Origin: an uncultured delta proteobacterium
GTDB lineage: Bacteria > Myxococcota_A > Polyangia > Haliangiales > Haliangiaceae
NCBI GenBank assembly: GCA_963848295.1
Contig: CAWKDB010000010.1
Coordinates: forward strand, 4,256,001-4,320,000
Direction of reading: 5' to 3'
DNA length: 64,000 nucleotides
In this document: positions 48,182 to 58,098 of the stretch, piece by piece
Layout: every line of letters starts with the position of its first letter
Numbering within the stretch: the stretch's first letter is position 1
Program-made: the position numbers and the translations under genes
Notes under the pieces: generated by a model
What the model saw: the letters and a program-made list of their open reading frames with translations, nothing else
Told to the model about the DNA's origin: nothing
The model's database searches: none

Positions 48182-48544
48182 GTGCACGTCGTCGGCATCG
48201 ATCACGTCCAGCTCGCGATGCCGCCGGGCGGCGAAGCCGAAGCGCGCCGGTTCTACGGCGAAGTGCTCGGGTTCGTCGAAGTCGCCAAGCCCGAGGCGAT
48301 GCGCGCGCGGGGTGGCTTGTGGTTTCAGGCGGGGCCGGTCGGCATTCATCTCGGGCTCGAGCCCGACATGCGCCCGTCGCTGAAGGCGCACCCGGGGTTG
48401 CTCGTCCGCGATCTCGCCGACGTCGTCGCGCAGCTCACCACCGCCGGTTGTGCGTGGAAGCCCGACGATGGCCAGCCGGGCGTCGCACGCGGCCATACGC
48501 TCGACCCGTTCGGCAACCGCATCGAGCTGATCGACGCACCGTAG
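48182..48544 (+). CDS. VOC/glyoxalase family protein
   Basis: IDHVQLAMP..ARRFYGEVLG; DPFGNRIEL. Confidence 0.9.
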   Translation: MHVVGIDHVQLAMPPGGEAEARRFYGEVLGFVEVAKPEAMRARGGLWFQAGPVGIHLGLEPDMRPSLKAHPGLLVRDLADVVAQLTTAGCAWKPDDGQPGVARGHTLDPFGNRIELIDAP

Positions 48545-48657
48545 TCCGATGTAGGCGGCGCTCCCCGGAATCTCTCGGTACCGCGCGGTCTCGGGCGCGG
48601 TCGCGACCCGGGCAGTCGAGGTACCGCCCCGCGACGAGGAATCGCCAGGTTAGCAGT

Positions 48658-48673
48658 CGGCAAGCAAGTTGCT
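48658..48673 (+). promoter_or_regulatory. Sigma54 (-24/-12) promoter
   Basis: CGGCAAGCAAGTTGCT upstream of the 48725 lipoprotein. Confidence 0.55.
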
Positions 48674-48724
48674 CTAGTCAAGGTCACCCCGCCAACCTAA
48701 CTCGGTGGGAGAGGAGCTTTCGCC

Positions 48725-49507
48725 ATGCGTCTCGCACTCATCGCCTTACTCGGTTCGTCGCTCGTTACGGGTTGCATCAAGAAGGACGACGGCGACGAGG
48801 ATAGCGCCGCGAGCGCGGTCGACTCGTCCGACGGCGTGTCCGCTGAGGGCAACACGATGATGGCGGCGATCGATGGATCGGACATGACGTCGCTCGGCGC
48901 GGTGACCTCGGAGCAAGTGACCGCGGCGATCGTCGCGAACGTCGCGTTGCGCTGGACGCCGAGCACGTGTGCGACCGTCACCAGCTCGGGCGATGACATC
49001 GCGATCAAATACAACGACTGCACAGGCCCGCGCGGCCTCGTCCACGTCACCGGCGAGCTCGATCTCGCGGTCTCGGTCTCGCTCGCAGGTGTGATCACCG
49101 TGCACGGCACCGCGACGGACCTCCAGGTCAACAACGCGGTGCTGACGATCGATGCCGATGCGACCTACGCGGTGAGCGGCACCGACCACACGCTGACCGT
49201 GATGACGACGGGATCGGGCACCGGGCCGCGCGGCACCGCGATCGATCACGACGGCAACTACACGGTCACGTGGGACACGACCTCGCAGTGCGGTTCGATC
49301 GACGGCACGTGGTCGACCGAGATCGGCTCGGCCGATCGCGGCAATGACGTGAACCTATCGAAGTGCGTGGGCTCGTGCCCGACCGGCACGCTGACCCACA
49401 ACTTCCTCGCGGGGGCATCGTTGACCGTCACGTTCGACGGCAGCGACGTCGCGACCTGGTCGGCCTCGACCGGCGCGAGTGGCTCGGTCACGTTGACTTG
49501 TAATTAG
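48725..49507 (+). CDS. Beta-strand-rich lipoprotein
   Basis: LVTGC lipobox; GAGGAG RBS; paired Cys; CPTGTL. Confidence 0.8.
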   Translation: MRLALIALLGSSLVTGCIKKDDGDEDSAASAVDSSDGVSAEGNTMMAAIDGSDMTSLGAVTSEQVTAAIVANVALRWTPSTCATVTSSGDDIAIKYNDCTGPRGLVHVTGELDLAVSVSLAGVITVHGTATDLQVNNAVLTIDADATYAVSGTDHTLTVMTTGSGTGPRGTAIDHDGNYTVTWDTTSQCGSIDGTWSTEIGSADRGNDVNLSKCVGSCPTGTLTHNFLAGASLTVTFDGSDVATWSASTGASGSVTLTCN

Positions 49508-49526
49508 CTCTGATTGCACGGCGGTG

Positions 49527-49550
49527 AAACGCGCCCGCTCGGGCGCGTTT
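49527..49550. terminator. Hairpin between convergent genes, probable bidirectional terminator
   Basis: aaacgcgccc-gctc-gggcgcgttt. Confidence 0.55.
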
Positions 49551-49577
49551 GGCGTTTCGGGTGACGCGCACACCCCG

Positions 49578-51149
49578 CTAGTGCGCGCCGCACGCGTTCG
49601 CGTCGCCGAGCTCGCAGGCGTGCTTGCACGCGGCCTCGGTGTCGGCGTCGTGGGTCTCGACGAGCGCCTTGCACAGCGCGCTCTGCGCCTCGGCCCAGTC
49701 GGGATCGATCTCGAGCGCGTGGCGCAAGCTGACGATCGCATCGCTCGCCGGTTGCCTCGCCGCGCGTTGCAGCCAGCCGCGCGCGGTCGTCGGCGATCCG
49801 GACGGCACGTTCGGGAGCTCGACCACCGCGTCGTGCTTGTCGAACGCGTTCACCACGTGGCCGAACAGTGAGAACCCCTGGCGGACCAGCTCGCGGTCCT
49901 GCGCGCGCTCGAACGCGGCCTTGTCTTGCTCGGTCGCGCTCGGAGGCGCGTACGTGCCGCGGTCGGCCCATGGATCGGGCGCGGTGCCGGGCATCGCGGC
50001 AAAGGCGATCGCCGCGCCGGCGAGACAGCCGACGATCGCGATCGCGAGCCACTTCCACCGCGGGCTGCGCGCCGGCAGGCCGGTCGCCGGCATCGCGATC
50101 GCGCCGGGCCGCGCGGTGGCCGCTTCGGCGTACGCGACGAGCTCGAGCATGCGCGGGTGCTCCGGCGCGTAGGCCAGCCCGCGATCGCAGTAGGCGAGGG
50201 CGACGAACGGCTTGGCCGCGGCGAGCGCATCGCACGCGAGCCGATCGAGGCGGCGAATCCGAAATGGCGCGACGCGCGCTTGGTAGCCGACGGGATCGGC
50301 GACGGCCGCGGCACGCTCGGTCGTGACGTCGTCGGTCCAATCGATCAGTTGCGTGATCGCCGCGTCGAGCGCGGCGGCGGTCGGGCGCTTGCTCGGATCG
50401 AGTGCGAGACAGCTCGCCACGACGTCGGCGAGCTCGGCGCCACACCGGCGATCGGCGGCGTCGAGTCGAGAGCACGTCGCGAGCAACACCGCGGCGGCTT
50501 CCTCGCTCGGCCGCGCGCGCTGAAACGGCCGTTTCCCGGCGATCCACTCGTAGAGGATCACGCCGAGCGCCCAGATATCAGCGGCGGCGTCGACGGTGCG
50601 ACCTTCGATCTGCTCCGGCGCCATGTAGCCGACCGAGCCGACCGTCGTGCCGGTATCGGTGTGATGCGTCATGCCGTCGCTCCACGCGAGGCCGAGATCG
50701 ATCACGGTGATCACGCCATCGGGCGACGCGATCGCGTTCTCCGGCTTGAGATCGCGATGGACATAGCCGGCGGCGTGCAGCGCGGCGGTCGCGGCGACGA
50801 TCGGTTGCAACAACAGGATCGCGGCCTCCGGGCACAACGCTCGCCCCGCGCACAGCGCGCGCAAGTTCGTGCCGGCGAGGAGCGGCAACACGAGGTACGG
50901 ACCGAGCTCGGCGTCGAAGCCGTGATCGACGAGCACTACCAGGTTTGGATGAGCGATCTGACCGAGCGCGGCGATCTCGCGATCGAAGCGCGCATGCGCC
51001 GCGTCATCGATGTCGATCGCGGGCGCGAGGACCTTGACCGCGACCGCGCCGGCCGGCCCGATCGCGCGAAAGACCTGCCCGCTGCCCCCCTCGCCGATCC
51101 GCTCTTGGAGCTGATATGGACCCAGCGCGATCGATGCGGGCTTGTGCAC
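49578..51149 (-). CDS. Ser/Thr protein kinase with TM and TPR/Sel1-like C-terminus
   Basis: GEGGSGQVF, VAVKV, HRDLKPEN, DLG, YMAPEQ; ACKHACELGDANAC. Confidence 0.92.
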   Translation of the reverse strand: MHKPASIALGPYQLQERIGEGGSGQVFRAIGPAGAVAVKVLAPAIDIDDAAHARFDREIAALGQIAHPNLVVLVDHGFDAELGPYLVLPLLAGTNLRALCAGRALCPEAAILLLQPIVAATAALHAAGYVHRDLKPENAIASPDGVITVIDLGLAWSDGMTHHTDTGTTVGSVGYMAPEQIEGRTVDAAADIWALGVILYEWIAGKRPFQRARPSEEAAAVLLATCSRLDAADRRCGAELADVVASCLALDPSKRPTAAALDAAITQLIDWTDDVTTERAAAVADPVGYQARVAPFRIRRLDRLACDALAAAKPFVALAYCDRGLAYAPEHPRMLELVAYAEAATARPGAIAMPATGLPARSPRWKWLAIAIVGCLAGAAIAFAAMPGTAPDPWADRGTYAPPSATEQDKAAFERAQDRELVRQGFSLFGHVVNAFDKHDAVVELPNVPSGSPTTARGWLQRAARQPASDAIVSLRHALEIDPDWAEAQSALCKALVETHDADTEAACKHACELGDANACGAH

Positions 51150-51219
51150 GGCTCGCAGCGGTTATCGTCTGCGCCGGCCACGCCTGCAAGCCCCGAAATC
51201 GTGCCGTCCGGTCCGGCGG

Positions 51220-51711
51220 TTACCGGGCGGCCCGCGCGGCCGAGGCGATCGCCGAGAGTCCGCCCTGACCGCGCGTCTTGGCGCCCGCGACCGCCCCGCC
51301 GATGCCGGCGACGATCGTCTCGAGGAACACGATCGCGGCGATGAATAACCCCAGGGTGTGGCCCATCTGCGCCCCGGCCTCCGAAAGTTGCGCGTGGGCG
51401 GCGCCGCCCGAGACCGCGTCGCCCATCACCGTCGTCGCGGTCTTCGTGACGCTCGCGATCAGCACGTAATAGCCGGCGCCCGCGGCCGCTGCCGCGACGA
51501 GGAATGCGGCGATCGCGCCACCGGTGCGCGCGCGCGTCAGGTAGGTCGACAAGAACCCGCCGACCGCGACGATCGCGAAGTAGATCGCTGCCGTCGCTTT
51601 CTGGCCGAGGCCTTGAAGCGCGTAAGACACGCCGATGCCGGCGGCGATCGAACCGAATGCGAACAACCAGACGGCGTGACGAGACAACTTGGAATCGGAA
51701 TTGGTGGTCAT
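51220..51711 (-). CDS. Four-TM membrane protein
   Basis: Four hydrophobic segments; AAGGAG RBS. Confidence 0.8.
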   Translation of the reverse strand: MTTNSDSKLSRHAVWLFAFGSIAAGIGVSYALQGLGQKATAAIYFAIVAVGGFLSTYLTRARTGGAIAAFLVAAAAAGAGYYVLIASVTKTATTVMGDAVSGGAAHAQLSEAGAQMGHTLGLFIAAIVFLETIVAGIGGAVAGAKTRGQGGLSAIASAARAAR

Positions 51712-51738
51712 GATTTCTCCTTGGTGACCGCCGGCAAG

Positions 51739-51754
51739 AGCAGCCGCCGTGCCA
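51739..51754 (-). promoter_or_regulatory. Sigma54 promoter for the membrane protein (and possibly the kinase)
   Basis: TGGCACGGCGGCTGCT on the minus strand. Confidence 0.75.
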
Positions 51755-51786
51755 GCGCAACTGCGCGATTGCCGTCACGCCGCCGC

Positions 51787-51820
51787 TGCCAACGATGGCA
51801 GCGCTGCCGGAGATGGCAGT
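51787..51820. promoter_or_regulatory. Candidate enhancer (UAS) copy 1
   Basis: tgcc-aacga-tggcagcgctgcc-ggaga-tggcagt. Confidence 0.65.
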
Positions 51821-51823
51821 ACG

Positions 51824-53583
<1,760 letters not shown>

Positions 53584-53590
<7 letters not shown>

Positions 53591-53617
53591 GTTGGCAGCG
53601 TTGCCACGCGTGGCAGT
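53584..53617. promoter_or_regulatory. Candidate enhancer (UAS) copy 2
   Basis: tgcc-tgagt-tggcagcgttgcc-acgcg-tggcagt. Confidence 0.65.
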
Positions 53618-53646
53618 CATCGCGACGAGCAGTCGCGGACTTCGCG

Positions 53647-53662
53647 CGGCACGAGCGCTGCA
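53647..53662 (+). promoter_or_regulatory. Sigma54 promoter for the small Cys-rich lipoprotein
   Basis: CGGCACGAGCGCTGCA (GG-N10-GC). Confidence 0.7.
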
Positions 53663-53674
53663 CTAGCGGTCGGC

Positions 53675-53923
53675 ATGCAAAACATCATCATGTCAGCGCT
53701 CCTCGCTCTCACCCTCGGTTCGGTCGGCTGTTCGAAGAAGTCGACCTCGTGCGAAGCCCTCATCGAGCACACGGCCGACATCGTACCGGCCGAGATGAAG
53801 GACTCCGTCCTCAAGGATAAGGACAAGGCGATCGCCAAGTGCGAGAAGATGTCGGACGCAGCGAAGCAGTGCGCGGCCGACGCGAACAACATGGACGACC
53901 TGATGAAGTGCCCGCACTCGTAA
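53675..53923 (+). CDS. Small Cys-rich helical lipoprotein
   Basis: SVGC lipobox; SCEALIEH...AKCEK...KQCAADA..MDDLMKC. Confidence 0.82.
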   Translation: MQNIIMSALLALTLGSVGCSKKSTSCEALIEHTADIVPAEMKDSVLKDKDKAIAKCEKMSDAAKQCAADANNMDDLMKCPHS

Positions 53924-53935
53924 GAGCGCAGGGTG

Positions 53936-55366
53936 CTAGTCGAGCGCGAGGGTCTGGCCGGTCGCGGAGAGCCCGTAGTTGCACGACGTCGAGCACGACG
54001 CGCCGGGGCTCGCGATCAGCGTGCCGGTCGCGTAGTTGCCGTTGTTGTCGGACGCCTGAGTCGTCGGTCGCCAGGTGTTGCCGATCGCGGTGTATGCGCC
54101 GGCCGGTGCCGACGTGAGGTCGAAGCCGTTCGTGCCGTTGCCGGTCAGCGTGTTGTTGCCAGGGTCCGCCGCCGTTCCGAGATCACACGTGCCGGTGCAG
54201 TAGACGCCGGCGTGCGTATTGTTCATCACCGTCGATCCGCGCAGGATCGCGGCCGCCGTCGTGCTCTCGATCTCGATGCCGTTGTTGAGCGCGCCGGCGA
54301 CCGTGACGTCGGCGATCGTCGCGGTTCCTTCCGTGACGCGGATGCCGATGCCGCACGAGGTATAGGTTCCGCCGACGACCGAGAGCCGTCCGGTCGTCCC
54401 GCCGTACGTCCGCAAGCACTCACCGATATTCGAATACGCGCCGTCCATCACGTCGAGCTCGCCGCCATTCGCGAGCGCGCCCTTCGTCGACAAGTACGTC
54501 GTCCGCGTCATCGTCGTGCCGATCATCTGGACGACCGAGCCCGGATCCTGCGCGGTGACGACGCCGGTGGCGGATTGGCAGTCGAACATCGTCGAGTTGT
54601 TGAGCATGTCGGTGATCGTCGAGCCTTGGATCGTCAGCGACGCGTTACCGAGCGCGAACGCCGCGGGGCCATCGCTGTTCGACATCATCACGTTGTCGAG
54701 CACGACGGTGGAGTCGGTGACCTTGACCGCGCCGAAGCAGTCGCCGACCGCCATCTGTTGGATCGTGCCGCCCTTCCAATAGATGTGTGCGCCCGACGAT
54801 GCGAACAAGCCGGCGCGCGTTCCACCGGTCACGGAGACGTTCGTCAACGCGACGCTCGGTGGCGCCGCGCTCACCGGGACCGAGATGCACGTCGCGGTGG
54901 CACTGCACGTCAAGTCTGTGAGCTGGACCGTGCCGGTCGTGATCTTCGCCCCGGTCGCGAAGCCGGTGAGCTCGACGCCGATCACCGTGCCGCCTCCGGT
55001 GAACGTCAGCCCGGTCTGAGTCGCGGTGCCGGACAGGATCGCCTTGCCATCGTCGACCGCGACGATCACGGTGCCCGGCGGGATCGTCTGCGTGTCGAAC
55101 TCTTCGCCGCTCGTCGCATCGTAGGTGCCGTCCTCGAGCGCGATCCGGAACCCGGCCGGCAAGACCTGGATCGCGTGCCGGAGCGACTTCAACGGCAGAT
55201 CGATCGTGCCGAGCTGGGTGTCGTCGCCGTTGACCGGGTCGACATAGATCGCGTTCGCGGGCCCGCCATCGCTGGGTGCGTCGGCGGTCGGTGCGTCGGC
55301 CGTGGAGGGCGCCGGGCTGTGACTACAGCTCGCGCCCAGGACTAGGACGAGTACCCCCGATCGCAC
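53936..55366 (-). CDS. DUF1565/right-handed beta-helix (pectin-lyase-like) lipoprotein
   Basis: GASC; IYVDPVNGDDTQLGTIDLPLKSLRHA; DLGTAADPGNN. Confidence 0.78.
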   Translation of the reverse strand: MRSGVLVLVLGASCSHSPAPSTADAPTADAPSDGGPANAIYVDPVNGDDTQLGTIDLPLKSLRHAIQVLPAGFRIALEDGTYDATSGEEFDTQTIPPGTVIVAVDDGKAILSGTATQTGLTFTGGGTVIGVELTGFATGAKITTGTVQLTDLTCSATATCISVPVSAAPPSVALTNVSVTGGTRAGLFASSGAHIYWKGGTIQQMAVGDCFGAVKVTDSTVVLDNVMMSNSDGPAAFALGNASLTIQGSTITDMLNNSTMFDCQSATGVVTAQDPGSVVQMIGTTMTRTTYLSTKGALANGGELDVMDGAYSNIGECLRTYGGTTGRLSVVGGTYTSCGIGIRVTEGTATIADVTVAGALNNGIEIESTTAAAILRGSTVMNNTHAGVYCTGTCDLGTAADPGNNTLTGNGTNGFDLTSAPAGAYTAIGNTWRPTTQASDNNGNYATGTLIASPGASCSTSCNYGLSATGQTLALD

Positions 55367-55422
55367 CCTCCCATGATACGCCGCCTGGTCGCGCCGGTAC
55401 ATCGTCATTCATGCGCGCGCAT

Positions 55423-56880
55423 CTAGCGCTTCACGCAACGGAGCGCGAGCCGACGCGGCGCCGATCGGCCATCGCCATCGATCCGTACGACGTAGCGGGC
55501 GGGATGCGTCGTCGTGACAACCGCGCGGCTGATCCCGGCGCGGATGTCGGCGCCGGATACGAGCAAGCCGCCCATCTCGCGGTGGATGTAGCCGAGGATG
55601 TCGAGCTTGGCGAGCGGCGGCGCTTTCATCACGTCGGCCGGCGTCTTCCAGTCGAGATCTTTCGCGATGATCTCGTATTCGCCGGCGGCGGGGAAGTCGA
55701 TCGCGACTTCGGCGACCGCTCGGCGCGGATCGCGATCGCCGATCGGCGCGGTTCGCACGTCGACGTCGTGCCCGATGGCCGGCCCGGGCTGCACGGTCGG
55801 CGGCGGCAACAACCGGACGTGCGCGGTCAGCGCGGCGCGCGTGTCGTTCTGCTGCTGCTCGATGCCGACTAGGCCGCCGGCCATGTGGGCCACAATGCAC
55901 GGCGACGGATCGCACAGGCGATCGTCGTTCGCACTCTCGAGGCCGAGCGCGACCTTGGTCGGCCACTCGATCGCGAGGTCGTAGCCGCCGGCAAGCTTCA
56001 CCCACGTCGGCACGGGTGACGGGCTCGGTTGGGCGGTGACGTCGATGACGGCGCCGACGCGGAGCAGCGGCACGTCGGGTCCGGCGACGACGAGCGGCTT
56101 GGTGTCGACGCGATCGATGCTCCGACCCAGCGGCTGGGCGCGGACCTCGACGGGGACCCCGGTCGCGCGCAGCCGGTAATCGCCGGGCGCCGCATCGAAC
56201 GTCAGCTCGAGCGCGCCGGGGACGTCATCCGCCAGCGTCGTGGTCGCCATCGGATCGCCCGCGGGGCCATACAGCTCCAGCTTCGCGCGCTTGATCAACA
56301 CCTCTAAGTCCTTGCTCGGCGGCCCGGCGAGAGGACGCACGATCAGCGTGACGAGCCCGGCGGCCTCGACGTGGAGTGTGGCGTCGGCCAGCGGTCCGCG
56401 CGGATCGCCCGGCCTGATCTCCGCCGGGTGGAGCTCGACCGCCGCGCCCGGCGCCAGCGCCGCCGCTGGTGGCAACGCCAGCGCGCGCGCGGTGACCTCG
56501 AGCGGTCCGCCCTCGGGCTCGACGCGATATCCACCCGGCGGCGCCACCGCAATCCGACACGACGTCCGCTGGCAGGGCTTCGTGATCCCGTCGGCCCCGG
56601 TCACCGACGGCTCGGCACCAGACCAGGTGATGATGAGGTCGGCGCGTTCGGCGAGCGCGAACGTCACCGCGCGCGGCGTGCTCGCTGCGATCGGCGCGTC
56701 GACACCCGCTCCGGGCGCGACCTCGATCGGCGTGTCCTTCGTGCCGCTGCCGCCGCCCGGCGTGGACGGCACTGCCGGGAGCGCCACCGGTTTTGGCGAG
56801 GCCGCGACCGGGGGCGCCGTGTCGCAAGCGGCCAGCGCGACGAGCGCCGCGAGGGTCAGGAACGCGGAGCGGTGAGCCAT
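55423..56880 (-). CDS. Hypothetical lipoprotein
   Basis: LAAC lipobox; beta-sandwich-like segments. Confidence 0.65.
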   Translation of the reverse strand: MAHRSAFLTLAALVALAACDTAPPVAASPKPVALPAVPSTPGGGSGTKDTPIEVAPGAGVDAPIAASTPRAVTFALAERADLIITWSGAEPSVTGADGITKPCQRTSCRIAVAPPGGYRVEPEGGPLEVTARALALPPAAALAPGAAVELHPAEIRPGDPRGPLADATLHVEAAGLVTLIVRPLAGPPSKDLEVLIKRAKLELYGPAGDPMATTTLADDVPGALELTFDAAPGDYRLRATGVPVEVRAQPLGRSIDRVDTKPLVVAGPDVPLLRVGAVIDVTAQPSPSPVPTWVKLAGGYDLAIEWPTKVALGLESANDDRLCDPSPCIVAHMAGGLVGIEQQQNDTRAALTAHVRLLPPPTVQPGPAIGHDVDVRTAPIGDRDPRRAVAEVAIDFPAAGEYEIIAKDLDWKTPADVMKAPPLAKLDILGYIHREMGGLLVSGADIRAGISRAVVTTTHPARYVVRIDGDGRSAPRRLALRCVKR

Positions 56881-56904
56881 CGCGCGAAACCTGACACGGC
56901 GAGC

Positions 56905-58092
56905 TCAGTCACGTCGATACATCGTCATGACACAGGCGCCGCCGAGGCCCAGGTTGTGCTGGAGCGCGATCTTCGCGCCCTCGACCTGCCGCGCTTCGGC
57001 CTGGCCACGCAGGTGCCACACGAGCTCGGTGCACTGGGCCAAGCCGGTCGCGCCGAGCGGGTGCCCCTTCGATAACAAGCCGCCCGACGGGTTCGTCACG
57101 AACTCGCCCCCGTACGTGTTGTCGCCGTCCCAGATGAACTTCTCGGCTTCGCCCTCTTTGCACAGGCCGATCGCCTCGTAGGTCAAGAGCTCGTTCGCGG
57201 TGAAGCAGTCGTGGAGCTCGATGACATCGACGTCATCGGGGCCGATGCCCGCCTGCTCGTAGACCTTCTTCGCGCACGCCTTCGCCATGTCGTAGCCGAC
57301 CATCTTGATCATCGAGTGTTCTTCGAACGACGACGGGTAGTCGGTCGTCATCGCTTGCGCGGCGATGTACACCGGGCGATCGATATTGTGCTTCTTGACG
57401 AAGTCATCGCTCGCGAGCACCGCGGCAGCCGCGCCGCACGTCGGCGGGCAACACTGGTAGCGGGTCAGCGGATCGAACACCTCGGGCGACGCGAGGATCT
57501 CCTCGACCGACAGCTTCTCCTTGAACAGCGCGTACGGATTGTTCGCGGCGTGCTTGCGCGCCTTCTCGCTGATCTTCGCGAACGTCTCGCGCTTGGTGCC
57601 GTACTTCCAGCGGTACTCGCGACCGGCGCCGCCGAACATCTGGGCGGCGGGCGGAGCCGAGTTGAAGCCTTGCTCCTCGTTCATCACGTTGACGAACTTG
57701 TCGAGCGGGTTCGCGCGGTCGTTCCACTTCGCCTGCAGCGCGCCGGCTTCCATTTGCTCGAAGCCGACGACGAGCACGCACTCGGCGATGCCGCCGGCGA
57801 TCGCTTGCGCGCCGAGCATCAAAGCCGAGCTACCGGTCGAGCAATTGTTGTTGACGTTGAACACCGGAATGCCGGTGAGCCCGAGCTGGTACACCGCGCG
57901 CTGGCCGCACGTGGAGTCGCCGTAGACGTAGCCGGCGTACGCCTGCTGGACTTCGCCGAACGGGATCTTCGCGTCGGTCAGCGCGGCCGTGCCGGCCTTC
58001 ACCGCCATCACGTGGTACTCCTCGCTCTTGCCGGGCTTCGCGAAGGGAACCATCCCGACGCCGATAACGTTGGTCTTGCGGGGCATGGTCAT
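56905..58092 (-). CDS. SCP-x-type (lipid-transfer) thiolase
   Basis: GDSTCGQRA, NVNNNCSTGSSAL, ELHDCFTANEL, KGHPLGATG, QHNLGLGGAC. Confidence 0.93.
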   Translation of the reverse strand: MTMPRKTNVIGVGMVPFAKPGKSEEYHVMAVKAGTAALTDAKIPFGEVQQAYAGYVYGDSTCGQRAVYQLGLTGIPVFNVNNNCSTGSSALMLGAQAIAGGIAECVLVVGFEQMEAGALQAKWNDRANPLDKFVNVMNEEQGFNSAPPAAQMFGGAGREYRWKYGTKRETFAKISEKARKHAANNPYALFKEKLSVEEILASPEVFDPLTRYQCCPPTCGAAAAVLASDDFVKKHNIDRPVYIAAQAMTTDYPSSFEEHSMIKMVGYDMAKACAKKVYEQAGIGPDDVDVIELHDCFTANELLTYEAIGLCKEGEAEKFIWDGDNTYGGEFVTNPSGGLLSKGHPLGATGLAQCTELVWHLRGQAEARQVEGAKIALQHNLGLGGACVMTMYRRD

Positions 58093-58098
58093 TTCTCC